Assembly: GCA_002269645.1 (NCBI GenBank)
Contig: NIVC01001101.1
Coordinates: 248,001 to 312,000, forward strand
Length of the DNA stretch: 64,000 nt
Direction: 5' to 3'
Source: Macrostomum lignano
Taxonomy: Eukaryota
Part shown: positions 52,801 to 63,459 of the stretch, one piece after another
How the letters are laid out: each line of letters starts with the position of its first letter
Position numbering within the stretch: position 1 is the first letter of the stretch
Notes under the pieces: model-generated
The model's input: the letters and a program-made list of their open reading frames with translations, nothing else
Databases searched by the model: none
What the model was told of the DNA's origin: nothing
Made by a program: the position numbers and the translations under genes

Positions 52801-53462
52801 ATCTCATTTCTATGGAATTTCATTATGCAAAATTAATTACCAGTGTAAAATAAATCTTAGTCTACTTTTTTCAATACCCTACTTGTAGTAGAAATATTAA
52901 GAAAACTACGTTAATAAGGATTACTCTACTATAAGTAAAAATATCGGATTTTTTAAAAATATATATTTAAATAAACTCGAACTCACGCAGACTAAACGCC
53001 AATGCCAATCGATCGAATTCCGAGTCTCCAACAGTTGAATTTCAAGCCGAAGTTCGCGACCAGAACGACAATGACGACGACGATAGCAACAATGCTGCTG
53101 CTGCTGCTGCTGCTGCACAAGAAGACCAGGAAGTCGCCGAACAGGACGAAGACGTGGACCATCCGGCTTTAGTGGCCAGCAATGTTGAAACTCGCCTAGC
53201 CGAAGTTCGCGCCAGACTGGCGGCTTCGAGTACTCGAAGTCAAAAGCCTGACGGCCTGCTTGGCGAGACAATCTACTCAGTGAGAAGTTCAGCCGATGCT
53301 GTGCGGCAAGATGCAGGCCCGATAGCAGCTGCCTCTGTTGCAGACACTGCAGCAGACAGTTCAGTTGCTAAGGATGAGAACACGGAGAGCGGGGTCAGCT
53401 CCCCGGGCGATGCAGGCCCGCACTCGCCATTGGCTGTCATGGCAACTGCAGGCAACAATTGA
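33429..53462 (+). CDS. map7: MAP7/ensconsin-like microtubule-associated protein; exons 33429-33600(?), 36857-36982, 40310-40777, 41718-41789, 42517-42666, 45065-45250, 48132-48460, 49096-49170, 49933-50463, 50900-51417, 52991-53462 (~1030 aa)
   Basis: N-terminal coiled coil ([12 protein letters not shown]...ERE) followed by FAFGSCTPR; a long S/P/A-rich linker; C-terminal E/A/R coiled coil ending [14 protein letters not shown] (MAP7-domain motif, compare ERKKRLEEIMKRTR). All junctions are GT-AG with consistent phases 1,1,1,1,1,1,0,0,0,2 and no internal stops. Confidence 0.82.
33730..34700. repeat. CT-rich low-complexity repeat (TTCTCCCC-based)
   Basis: Homopyrimidine tract of about 1 kb. Confidence 0.92.
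35642..35655. promoter_or_regulatory. Perfect palindromic RFX X-box GTTGCCATGGCAAC
   Basis: Exact match to the canonical X-box. It lies upstream of a (GA)n stretch and a possible 5'-UTR donor CAG|GTAGAC at 35905. Confidence 0.7.
36330..36771. repeat. 31-bp minisatellite (CAGATCCTCAGTTGCTGGGCCACCAGCCTCC)n
   Basis: Period 31; about 14 copies. Confidence 0.95.
36857..36982 (+). CDS. map7: MAP7-like exon ([14 protein letters not shown]...), possible alternative start ATG at 36883
   Basis: TTTTGCAG| acceptor and C|GTGAGT donor; 126 nt, phase 1-1. Confidence 0.7.
37523..38190. repeat. 15-to-20-bp minisatellite (ACTCGGACACCCTAAATAAC)n
   Basis: 15-bp units at the 5' end, 20-bp units downstream. 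Confidence 0.94.
38585..38980. repeat. CT-rich low-complexity tract
   Basis: CTCTCC-type repeats. Confidence 0.88.
39585..40290. repeat. 25-bp minisatellite (ACACTCCAACCTATACAATGATCCC)n
   Basis: Period 25; about 27 copies, grading into the 40310 acceptor. Confidence 0.95.
40310..40777 (+). CDS. map7: MAP7-like microtubule-binding coiled-coil exon
   Basis: CCCGCAG| acceptor and G|GTGAGT donor; contains FAFGSCTPR. Confidence 0.88.
40865..41592. repeat. 35-37-bp minisatellite (TCTCACCTGTTGATTATCTCAAATCTCATCATTTA)n
   Basis: About 20 copies. Confidence 0.94.
41718..41789 (+). CDS. map7: Candidate 72-nt cassette exon ([23 protein letters not shown])
   Basis: TTTGTTTTAG| acceptor and G|GTAAAA donor; phase 1-1. 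Confidence 0.5.
41962..42350 (+). repeat. 20-bp minisatellite (CAATCTACCTCTCAGTCTAT)n, forward orientation
   Basis: About 19 diverged copies. Confidence 0.88.
42517..42666 (+). CDS. map7: Candidate 150-nt cassette exon (VLPTVSEN...GLMACSLT...CMTRSVI)
   Basis: CATCTCCCTACTAG| acceptor and TTG|GTAATG donor; phase 1-1, open frame. Its M(A/T/S)xS motifs resemble MSRS, MAKS and MSAS in neighbouring exons. Confidence 0.55.
42735..43432. repeat. 32-bp G-rich minisatellite (TTACAGTCTACTGAAGGCTTGAGGGTAGGGGG)n
   Basis: Period 32; about 22 copies. Confidence 0.95.
44100..44760 (-). repeat. 20-bp minisatellite of the same family as 41962-42350, inverted orientation
   Basis: Reverse-complement unit CAATCTACCTCTCAACCTAC; 25-nt exact inverted match between 42051-42075 and 44392-44416. 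Confidence 0.88.
45065..45250 (+). CDS. map7: MAP7-like linker exon
   Basis: Pyrimidine tract with CCGCAG| acceptor and CAG|GTGAGT donor; phase 1-1. Confidence 0.8.
45300..47275. repeat. 22-24-bp minisatellite (GAGATGAGATATGAGACACGGA)n, ~1.9 kb
   Basis: About 85 copies with recurring variant blocks. Confidence 0.96.
47648..48112. repeat. ~42-bp dimeric minisatellite (AAAATCGCCCCCTCAAGAATCGCCCTTTAGAAATTGATAATA)n
   Basis: Period 42, with two AATCGCCC subunits per unit. Confidence 0.92.
48132..48460 (+). CDS. map7: MAP7-like linker exon
   Basis: CCTCCTCAG| acceptor and AAG|GTGAAT donor; phase 1-0. Confidence 0.8.
48475..49048. repeat. (TCTG/TGTG)n compound microsatellite
   Basis: Direct reading. 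Confidence 0.95.
49096..49170 (+). CDS. map7: MAP7-like 75-nt exon ([25 protein letters not shown])
   Basis: GAGCAG| acceptor (alternative AAG at 49068) and AAG|GTATTC donor; phase 0-0. Confidence 0.65.
49428..49918. repeat. (TAC)n trinucleotide microsatellite
   Basis: About 160 triplets with interruptions. Confidence 0.96.
49933..50463 (+). CDS. map7: MAP7-like C-terminal coiled-coil exon
   Basis: CTACACAG| acceptor and GCG|GTGAGT donor; E/A/R-rich helix. Confidence 0.85.
50626..50890. repeat. 34-bp minisatellite (TAAGAGTCACCCTAATCCCTCGTTAATCCACCAG)n, ~8 copies
   Basis: Period 34 (50658, 50692). Confidence 0.93.
50900..51417 (+). CDS. map7: MAP7-domain exon (copy 1)
   Basis: CCTCCCCAG| acceptor, [16 protein letters not shown]|GTAAGA donor. 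Confidence 0.85.
51455..52600. repeat. 17-bp minisatellite (TGAATCGCCCCATTCTA)n, ~67 copies
   Basis: Period 17. Confidence 0.96.
52991..53462 (+). CDS. map7: MAP7-like terminal exon
   Basis: ACTCACGCAG| acceptor in phase 2 matches the upstream donor; TGA at 53460; AATAAA at 53602. Confidence 0.78.
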
Positions 53463-54727
53463 ATTATTATTGAGTGATTGTTATGTATATCATGCATATA
53501 TTATGATATTGCCTATTGCTCAATATATTACTCATTTAGTAGTATGCTATTATACTGTTAATATATTTGCGCTGTGAATTAGTGAAAGTAAATTGGTTAT
53601 TAATAAATCTATCTATATGCCCTTTGCTAATTTGTTGTTTTGGTCGCAGAAACTAATTTGCTTTTATGTTGGTCTTCATTCGCAATCTACCCCTATTTGA
53701 TAAAGTTTTTTATATGAATTTTATTTCTATTTTAGTTGCTTTTATTGCCGTCTTTTTGTGTGTGTTTTTTGTTGGAAAATATAACAATTGCTCTGGTCAC
53801 AAAAGCCATCCCAGACTCTGTGTCGGCTTCCCATTGTTGCTTCTCCGTCATCTCCCATGAATATTTGTCATTCTTCATTGCCATTTAATCATTAAAAAGA
53901 GTTTGATTCTGTGTTTTAGTCTGTTCATACTACTGCAGCAGCGTGAGCAGTAGCGTGGTGCAAATATTAATGCGGATATAAATTTAACTTGAACTGCTAT
54001 TTTTAAAAGAACAACATAATCGACTTCTTAATTAATTGAATTGCTACTCAACTTGTCTTCAACCTAGCTACTAAAAGTAGTATTGATTCAATCTACAATG
54101 CAATGCAAATGAGCAACCGACTGCAATATACAATCGTAAATACAAGCATTATTTACGAGTGTACATGTATTAACGCTATTTTTAGCTTTTATTTATTTTG
54201 ACTTCACTCTTACGAGCGTGCAATTTCTGATATAAACAGAACCCGCTTGCTCTAGTTTCATTGCTTTTATTTTTCTTCATTTAGACTGTATAATTTTCTT
54301 ATACGACCTACTAATCAGTGGTAATGAACGAATATTCGTATATATTTTTGGTGTGCTTTCCTAATTATAATCAAATTTTCTAATATGCATCATCGCTACT
54401 CAGTGTCCTGATTCGCTCTTTCGTCTATTGCTACTTTCTCAGTAGTACCTAGCGTACATGCGTTACAAGCGTTGTCGGGTTAAAATCAGCAATAAAACAA
54501 AATAAACTGACTGAAAAATGGGTTATTGTCCAAAAACTGCTTGACTAACGATCTGTGAGCTTTTCTACACTTGAACTGTGTACTTTGGCAGAACTAGCTC
54601 TAATTGATATTGCCTTGTGTTGTCATCTATTCATTTTTCCTTATTTTAGTTTACTAAGCTACATACAAACAACTCAGTTTTAGGATATAGGATTGAAGTA
54701 TTTAAAGAGGGAAAGCCAACCACATTA

Positions 54728-55272
54728 CTCACCCGCAATGTACACTCGCTGCCAGACCAGACCCGCTACAACCCCCACCCCTCACCCGCAATGTACACTC
54801 GCTGCCAGGCCAAACCCGCCACAACCCCCACCCATCACCCGCAATGTACACTCGCTGCCAGGCTAGACCCGCTACAACCCCCACCCCTCACCCGCAATGT
54901 ACACTCGCTGCCAGACCAGACCCGCTACAACCCCCACCCCTCACCCGCAATGTACACTCGCTGCCAGGCTAGACCCGCTACAACCCCCACCCCTCACCCG
55001 CAATGTACACTCGCTGCCAGACCAGACCCGCTACAACCCCCACCCCTCACCCGCAATGTACACTCGCTGCCAGACCAGACCCGCTACAACCCCCACCCCT
55101 CACCCGCAATGTACACTCGCTGCCAGACCAGACCCGCTCCAACCCCCACCCATCACCCGCAATGTACACTCGCTGCCAGGCTAGACCCGCTACAACCCCC
55201 CAGCCCTCACCCGCAATGTACAATCGCTGCCAGGCCAGACCCGCTCCAACTCCAACCCCTCACCCGCAATGT
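54728..55272. repeat. 53-bp minisatellite (CTCACCCGCAATGTACACTCGCTGCCAGACCAGACCCGCTACAACCCCCACCC)n
   Basis: Period 53; about 10 copies. Confidence 0.96.
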
Positions 55273-57064
55273 AAATTTAATCACAGCAGCCGCCGTTTTC
55301 AATCGATTTATTATTATTTGCCATCTGTCAAACGGGATGGGATTTCAAATCGCGAATTCGGTTTAGCAGCACGCTGAAGCCTCGTGGCTTTTACCATATG
55401 GCATGTCAGCCGTGCTACCTGCAGTTCATTCTTAACTGCCTCATGCACATGACATACCGGATGCAAATTAGTCAACTGCTTGCTGTTCCTCTTCAACCCT
55501 GCTCATTTGCAATACAGGCAGATGGTGTAGACTCTACTAATGATTGATGAAGCAGATACTGCAACTTTGCCTGATGGTGATGGCTCATTCTCATCACCAT
55601 CAAAGTCCATAATCACACTGCTTGTGTGATTTCTTGTACGACTGAAATAAAAGGTGAAAGAGAGAGGGTCCTGTCATGCAGTATATAAGTTTTTTGCCAG
55701 TTTACCAAATACATATATGCTAGATAACAGCCAGAAAAAGTAGTCAAGCAAGGCTAATGCTACTACAGCCCCTTTCCTTATTTAAGCTGAGCTCTTTAGT
55801 TTTTTTAAAAGAACAAGATAGCAATTATTAATTTATAAAAGGATTACACATATTGTAAACAACATAAACAAACAACTATTTCTGAATTAATTATAATAAA
55901 AGGAAAATGATAATATAGTACAATATAAATATCATAGTACCATCGAGATCTAACCTCTGCTTAAGTTGGCCAAAATAGTTATGAATAGTTTCTTAAATAT
56001 TTAAACCCTTTAGCATAGAGAAATTACTTAGGAATGGCATATGTACCGTCACAGGAAAATTTCAAAGTGAACAGTGCAAGTCTCATGAAAATTGGTTGAT
56101 TCACATTTCACAGAAATAGAGACAACTCATTTCTAGTATATTGGATTTAGTTAGTCAGGAAGTCAGCATCAGTTTAATTCATTTAAATTGGTCATGGGTA
56201 AATGCTTTAATGCTTATAGAAAAGGCCCTTTTGTCAAAAGAATATAAGTTACGAAAGCTATAGTTAGTAGAGTTACTATTAATACTAAACAGTGTTATGG
56301 AGATATATAGTTAATACAATGCTTATAGCCTTTCATAAATAATATATTTATAATTATATATGGTATTAACCCTGATGATGATGGCATATATGTATATGAG
56401 TATGCAAGCTACCATAATCTTGCAAATCTGACAAATGCATTTTTGGCCAATATATATATTGTGTTATATATTCATATGCACATACCAACTGCAAATATAC
56501 TTTGAATGCTTGTTACTCGTAAAGTTGAATGAAAAAAAGTAGCTCGTACGAGCGTACACAAGCAATACTATCTTACACTACCAACTAGGCCCTTATCCGA
56601 AGGCCCTATCCAATGTAATTATTGCAATGTGTATTGTACCTGGATAAATTGCTAAAGGAAGTTTCTTTGAAAGATTTAAATTAGGATGGTTTTGCAGGGA
56701 AGTAACAGCTGAAAAAGGTATTTGGACGAGTCCGGGTCAGTTGAATATGTGCCATTTTATTATCGCAGACAGCAATAAAATAATTATAAGAAAAATTATA
56801 ACTCACATTGTGAGTTTTGTTCTAAAATTGTGTTGCATGAAAACTATTGCAATAATAATTATTTTTTCAATTTTTTTCGACTAGTGCTCAGCTTCATCGG
56901 AAATGACTGGCTCGACGCTGCGCCCCCGCGCTACCATCGCAACGCCGCCACCCCAAATGATGAGTTGGGAAGCTGCATAAAGCCCGCAGTCCTGCAGCTG
57001 GCGAGAGGCACAAAAGCGACAAGCACATCCCATCTCCGTAAGACTCCCCACAGCCGCTCTGACC

Positions 57065-57820
57065 ATGCAGACTTTGTCAATTCTGCCGCTGATTCTCTGC
57101 TGTTGCATCGCTCTCGGCCACTCGCTGGGCGCTGAATTCGGCCATTTGGGCTGCTTCGTGGACGAAGGAACTCCAAACCGAGACCTCACCGGTCTTGTTG
57201 GCTTGTCCACCATCGGGCCCCACTCGAAGACGCCGGGCGCGGGCGACGTCGCACATAGCAGCATGACTTTGGAGCTTTGCAGCGAAATCTGCACGTATGG
57301 AAAATTCCGCTACTTTGGTGTTCAAAATTCAGCTGGTTGCTTCTGCGGAAACTCGTACGGCCGACACGGCAAGGCAGCCGACAGCGACTGCAACATGGCC
57401 TGCGCTGGAAACTCCGCCCAAATCTGCGGAGGGTCGGGGCGAAACTCCGTGTACCGGCAGGTCTACAATCGTCCAGGTGAGCGTAGCGGAATTTACAATC
57501 AATGCTGTTCTACTTTTACATGTACATGCACTTCCCCACTTGCCCACCAGAGTAGCGGAGCAGTCGATATCTCTTCTGTCTTTTCAGATAGCGAATATTT
57601 TGCTTTGGCTGACCGAGACTACGTGAACGTGACCTCTACCCGCGGGCCCTTCTACCGCACCGAGCAGCCCGTCAGGAGTCTGACTGAATGCCTACTAGCT
57701 CGCTGCGTCACAGACTGCCAGGCCGTGCTGTTCCACCTGGACGCCTGCCACCTGCTGAGATTCCCCGTTCTGCCACACGAGCTGAAGAACGTCGCTGGGA
57801 AGTTCGCCACCCGCGTGTGA
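57065..57820 (+). CDS. Secreted WSC-domain protein with a C-terminal PAN/Apple-like module; probable intron 57477-57587 (spliced product ~214 aa)
   Basis: Hydrophobic signal peptide; WSC motif LGCF.D...MTLELC..IC....YFGVQ...CFCG....C...C.GN..QICGG..RNSVY; C-terminal SLTECLL..C..DCQAVLF...CHL; CAG|GTGAGC ... TTTTCAG|; AATAAA at 57963. Confidence 0.88.
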   Translation: MQTLSILPLILCCCIALGHSLGAEFGHLGCFVDEGTPNRDLTGLVGLSTIGPHSKTPGAGDVAHSSMTLELCSEICTYGKFRYFGVQNSAGCFCGNSYGRHGKAADSDCNMACAGNSAQICGGSGRNSVYRQVYNRPGERSGIYNQCCSTFTCTCTSPLAHQSSGAVDISSVFSDSEYFALADRDYVNVTSTRGPFYRTEQPVRSLTECLLARCVTDCQAVLFHLDACHLLRFPVLPHELKNVAGKFATRV

Positions 57821-58677
57821 GGGACCACCTGATTCGAAGCAAGGAGTCTCGGCTGCTTAAGCCTTCTGGTTGCTGAACTCTGATTTCTGACACCATCCGA
57901 TTGCTGCAAGTCTAACCATAGGGCATAGTTAATTTATACTCAAGACAAATCACCTGAGTTCAAATAAAATGACAATATTCACTGCCGAAAAGAAAGAACT
58001 TTAGCGGCTTCTGAGCAGTAGCTTATTGGCAAATAAATTCGTTTTTTATCCTGATCGATCGAGCCAGCTACAGCAGGCACAATGGCAGCAGTAGCAACCA
58101 AAGCATATTGCTGACACACTATTGACTCTAAGCAGTATCAGATTCACAAGAACGAATCAGATCCAGAAGCCACTCAGTTCACTCACTCCTGTGTCAGCTC
58201 TTGCAACGCTCAATATTCACGCCAATTTCTCTGCATTGGAAAACTTTTCTGCCTCCATAAGGCGCGCTGGCACCTCAGAGGTTGCAGAATAAATTTAGAG
58301 TGTTATGCTCCGAAATACTACTTGCACAGCTGAAGCCACAACAGCTTCTGGTAGCTGACATGCCAGGTTCACAATATGCTAGCATATGGTTTAAACGCCT
58401 TAAAACCTTTAGCACCTGCACATTAATAACTTCGTACTCATATAAATGGAAGTGAGAATAGGAATCGCAGCATTCGATGGATAGGATGGCAGAGTACCGA
58501 CTGACCGCAAGTACAAACTAGTCTGACGAAGCTGTTAATTAGTTTAACAGCAGTCAGTGAGCAGGCCAGATACAGGTGAAATAATTAACAGTGGAGCTCC
58601 AAGTTTTTTCTGCCCGTCTCCACCGCGGGGGCAGGGGGCGTGTTCCTCCCAGTAAGCTATAAAATTTGCGCATATTG

Positions 58678-58691
58678 GTTGCCATGGAAAC
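58678..58691. promoter_or_regulatory. RFX X-box GTTGCCATGGAAAC next to a GC-box-like GGGGCGTG
   Basis: One-mismatch X-box palindrome in a short GC-rich patch (58600-58700). Confidence 0.55.
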
Positions 58692-59162
58692 GGGTAGGAG
58701 GCTTCTTCATTGATTTTTCAACTGCAGAAAAACCCACCAATTTATCCCATTAGCATGCAGGCACTTCGTCTGTGCATGCAGCGTTTGGTGTATGAGGCTG
58801 AGCTCATCCCCAACGCATCATCCATTTTAACTGTAGCATTGAACTACGCGCTGCCGACTCTCCTGTGTGTCCGACAGATAAAGTTTTTTTTCTGGGTAGG
58901 GCGATCACTTAACTTAATGCATGCGAAGTGACATGGAGTGAGGTGTGGAGTTGGGAAGAGGCAATCAACAACCTCTCTGTAATGCAGTTGACAACTGGAA
59001 AATAGCAGACTGCTCAATTGCTTTCAGTTAGCTTAGCTTGCATTGATGGCTTTATACGAGCTTACATACTCGTACTAACGAAGCGCTTTGTACATGTTTT
59101 CGTTATTCCACACTTTTGAATCATGCTTCAATTGGCTGTATTGAGTTAGTTTACCATAAAGA

Positions 59163-61600
59163 ACTGTGATGTGTCTTAGTTTGACCATAGACAACTGTGA
59201 TGTGTCTTAGTTTGACCATAGACAACTGTGATGTGTGTCTTAGTTTGACTATAGACAACTGTGATGTGTGTCTTTGTTTGACCATAGAAAACACTGTGAT
59301 GTGTGTCTTAGTTTGACAATAGAAAACACTGTGATGTGTGTCTTAGTTTGACCATAGACAACACTGTGATGTGTGCCTTAGTTTGACAATAGACAACTGT
59401 GATGTGTGTCTAATTAGTTTGACTATAGACAACTGTGATGTTTGTCTTAGTTTGACCATAGAAAACACTGTGATGTGTGTCTTAGTTTGACCATAGACAA
59501 CTGTGATGTGTGCCTTAGTTTGACCAAAGACAACTGTTATGTGTGTCTTAGTTTGACCATAGACAACACTGTGATGTGTGTATTAGTTTGACCATAGACA
59601 ACTGTGATGTGTGCCTTAGTTTGACTATAGACAACTGTGATGTGTGCCTTAGTTTGACCAAAGACAACTGTGATGTGTGTCTTAGTTTGACCATAGACAA
59701 CTGTGATGTGTGTCTTTGTTTGACCATGGACAGCACTGTGATGTGTGTCTTAGTTTGACAATAGAAAACACTGTGATGTGTGTCTTAGTTTGACCATAGA
59801 CAACTGTTATGTGTGTCTTAGTTTGACCATAGACAACACTGTGATGTGTGCCTTAGTTTGACCGTAGACAACTGTGATGTGTGTCTTAGTTTGACCATAG
59901 ACGACTGTGATGTGTGTCTTAGTTTGACCATAGAAAACACTGTGATGTGTGTCTTAGTTTGACCATAGACAACTGTGATGTGTGCCTTAGTTTGACCAAA
60001 GACAACTGTTATGTCTGTCTTAGTTTGACCATAGACAACACTGTGATGTGTGTATTAGTTTGACCATAGACAACTGTGATGTGTGCCTTAGTTTGACTAT
60101 AGACAACTGTGATGTGTGCCTTAGTTTGACTATAGACAACACTGTGATGTGTGCCTTAGTTTGACCGTAGACAACACTGTGATGTGTGTCTTAGTTTGAC
60201 CATAGACAACTGTTATGTGTGTCTTAGTTTGACCATAGACAACACTGTGATGTGTGCTTTAGTTTGACCGTAGACAACTGTGATGTGTGCCTTAGTTTGA
60301 CCAAAGACAACTGTGATGTGTGCCTTAGTTTGACTATAGACAACTGTGATGTGTGTCTTAGTTTGACCATAGACAACTGTGATGTGTGTCTTTGTTTGAC
60401 CATGGACAGCACTGTGATGTGTGTCTTAGTTTGACCATGGACAGCACTGTGATGTGTGTCTTAGTTTGACAATAGACAACACTGTGATGTGTGTCTTAGT
60501 TTGACCATAGACAACTGTTATGTGTGTCTTAGTTTGACCATAGACAACACTGTGATGTGTGTCTTAGTTTGACCGTAGACAACTGTGATGTGTGTCTTAG
60601 TTTGACCATAGAAAACACTGTGATGTGTGCCTTAGTTTGACCATAGACAACTGTGATGTGTGTCTTAGTTTGTCCATAGAAAACACTGTGATGTGTGTCT
60701 TAGTTTGACCATAGACAACTGTGATGTGTGCCTTAGTTTGACCAAAGACAACTGTGATGTGTGTCTTAGTTTGACCATAGACAACTGTGATGTGTGTCTT
60801 TGTTTGACCATGGACAGCACTGTGATGTGTGTCTTAGTTTGACAATAGACAACACTGTGATGTGTGTCTTAGTTTGACCATAGACAACTGTTATGTGTGC
60901 CTTAGTTTGACCGTAGACAACTGTGATGTGTGTCTTAGTTTGACCATAGAAAACACTGTGATGTGTGCCTTAGTTTGACCATAGACAACTGTGATGTGTG
61001 TCTTAGTTTGACCATAGACAACTGTGATGTGTGTCTTAGTTTGACCATAGAAAACACTGTGATGTGGGTCTTAGTTTGACCATAGACAACTGTGATGTGT
61101 GTCTTAGTTTGACCGTTGACAACTGTGATGTGTGTCTTAGTTTGACAATAGACAACTGTGATGTGTGTCTTAGTTTGACCATAGAAAACACTGTGATGTG
61201 TGCCTTAGTTTGACCATAGACAACTGTGATGTGTGTCTTAGTTTGACCATAGACAACTGTGATGTGTGTCTTAGTTTGACCATAGAAAACACTGTGATGT
61301 GGGTCTTAGTTTGACCATAGACAACTGTGATGTGTGTCTTAGTTTGACCGTTGACAATTGTGATGTGTGTCTTAGTTTGACAATAGACAACTGTGATGTG
61401 TGTCTTAGTTTGACCATAGAAAACACTGTGATGTGTGTCTTAGTTTGACCATAGAAAACACTGTGATGTGGGTCTTAGTTTGACCATAGAAAACACTGTG
61501 ATGTGTGTCTTAGTTTGATCATAGACAACATTGTGATGTGTGTCTTAGTTTGATCATAGACAACATTGTGATGTGTCTTAGTTTGACCATAGACAACATT
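59163..61600. repeat. 33/35-bp minisatellite (ACTGTGATGTGTGTCTTAGTTTGACCATAGACA)n, ~70 copies
   Basis: Period 33-35, with recurring variant blocks. Confidence 0.97.
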
Positions 61601-61842
61601 TTGATGAATGCTGAATTCTTCTAAGAAAGCAGTAAGAAAGAAATTAAAAGCTGCTTGTGTGATTTCAAGCTACTATAGTGCTGGTGCCTCTCGTCAAACA
61701 GCTGTGCTTATTATAATTGGATTATTATTAATTAATCTTCCTTTCGACAGTCACAATGATTTCCAGATTGGATACCGGTACATCAAGAAAGCTCATCAGG
61801 AGAAGCAGTCTCTGAAAGCCAAGAAGCGCTCGGTAATCCGCC

Positions 61843-62895
61843 ACTAAGAGTCACCCTTATCCCTCGTTAGTCCATCCCTAAGAGTCACCCTAATCCCTCG
61901 TTAGTCCATCCCTAGGAGTCACCCTAATCCCTCGTTAATCCATCACTAAGAGTCACCCTAATCCCTCGTTAATCCACCAGTAAGAGTCACCCTAATCCCT
62001 CGTTAATCCACCAGTAAAGAGTCACCCTAATCCCTCGTTAATCCACCAGTAAGAATCTCCCTAATCCCTCGTTAATCCACCACTAAGAATCTCCCTAATC
62101 CCTCGTTAATCCACCACTAAGAATCTCCCTAATCCCTCGTTAATCCACCAGTAAAGAGTCACCCTAATCCCTCGTTAATCCACCAGTAAGAATCTCCCTA
62201 ATCCCTCGTTAATCCACCACTAAGACTCTCCCTAATCCCTCGTTAATCCACCACTAAGAATCTCCCTAATCCCTCGTTAATCCACCAGTAAAGAGTCACC
62301 CTAATCCCTCGTTAATCCACCAGTAAGAATCTCCCTAATCCCTCGTTAATCCACCACTAAGAATCTCCCTAATCCCTCGTTAATCCACCACTAAGAATCT
62401 CCCTAATCCCTCGTTAGTCCACCACTAAGAGTCACCCTAATCCTTCGTTAATCCACCACTAAGAATCTCCCTAATTCCTCGTTAATCCACCAGAAAGAGT
62501 CACCCTAATCTTTCGTTAATCCACCAGTAAGAATCTCCCTAATCCCTCGTTAATCCACCACTAAGAATCTCCCTAATCCCTCGTTAATCCACCACTTAGA
62601 GTCACCCTAATCTTTCGTTAATCCACCACGAAGAATCTCCCTAATCCTTCGTTAATCCACCACTAAGAATCTCCCTAATCCCTCGTTAGTCCACCACTAA
62701 GAGTCACCCTAATCTTTCGTTAATCCACCACTAAGAATCTCCCTAATCCCTCGTTAATCCACCACTTAGAGTCACCCTAATCTTTCGTTAATCCACCACG
62801 AAGAATCTCCCTAATCCTTCGTTAATCCACCACTAAGAATCTCCCTAATCCCTCGTTAGTCCACCACTAAGAGTCACCCTAATCCCCTTTAAATC
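61843..62895. repeat. 34-bp minisatellite (same family as 50626-50890), ~31 copies
   Basis: Same consensus unit as the upstream array. Confidence 0.95.
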
Positions 62896-62903
62896 CTCCC
62901 CAG

Positions 62904-63421
62904 GCCGAGGCGGCAGCTCAGGCCGCTCGGGAGCGCGAAGAAGCCGAGCGCCTTGAACGCCGTCGCAAACTCGAAGCCATCATGAATCGAGTCAAGACCA
63001 CTCCGGCCTCGTTGCCTAGCAACGATCCCACATCCGGAGACTCGGCAGACAGTCAAGCTCAGATGCCTCAGCTACCCATGCCAGCCGCTGACGAGACGCC
63101 TTCAACAGCTGCAAACCAGATGTCAGCCTCGATGCTGATCTCTTCAGCTGGCACCGCGGCATCTTTGTCGACGCCCAGCATGTCCGCTTCAATGATGTCC
63201 GCCTCCTCGTTGAGCACCAACGGCAACGGCAGCAACCCTGCCCTGGCTCGGCTGGTTGCTACTGGCCGGCTCAAAGGCACCAAGGCGGCCGAGATTCTGG
63301 CTAGGCACGCTGTGCCGTCGACACCGCGGGTGCCGCTGTCGCAGCAGCAGCAGCGGCAGGAAAAGGAGGAGGAGGGGGACACCTCCGTCAGCAGGTCTGC
63401 TGCCGCCGCCGCCGATGCAAG
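62904..63421 (+). CDS. map7: Duplicated MAP7-domain exon (copy 2), ~98% identical to 50900-51417
   Basis: Same length (518 nt), intact splice sites and frame; about 10 nucleotide differences, 3 amino-acid changes (K>Q, M>Q, T>R). Expression status unknown. Confidence 0.6.
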
Positions 63422-63459
63422 GTAAGATTTTAGACCCGTTTATTGACATTGCCTCATTC

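Noticed and set aside
55330-55660. Minus-strand exon-like segment after a strong pyrimidine tract
   Set aside because: Stops in all frames and no recognisable domain; may be decayed TE sequence.
59163-61600. CRISPR-like 33-35-bp periodicity
   Set aside because: No unique spacers or cas genes; head-to-tail eukaryotic minisatellite.
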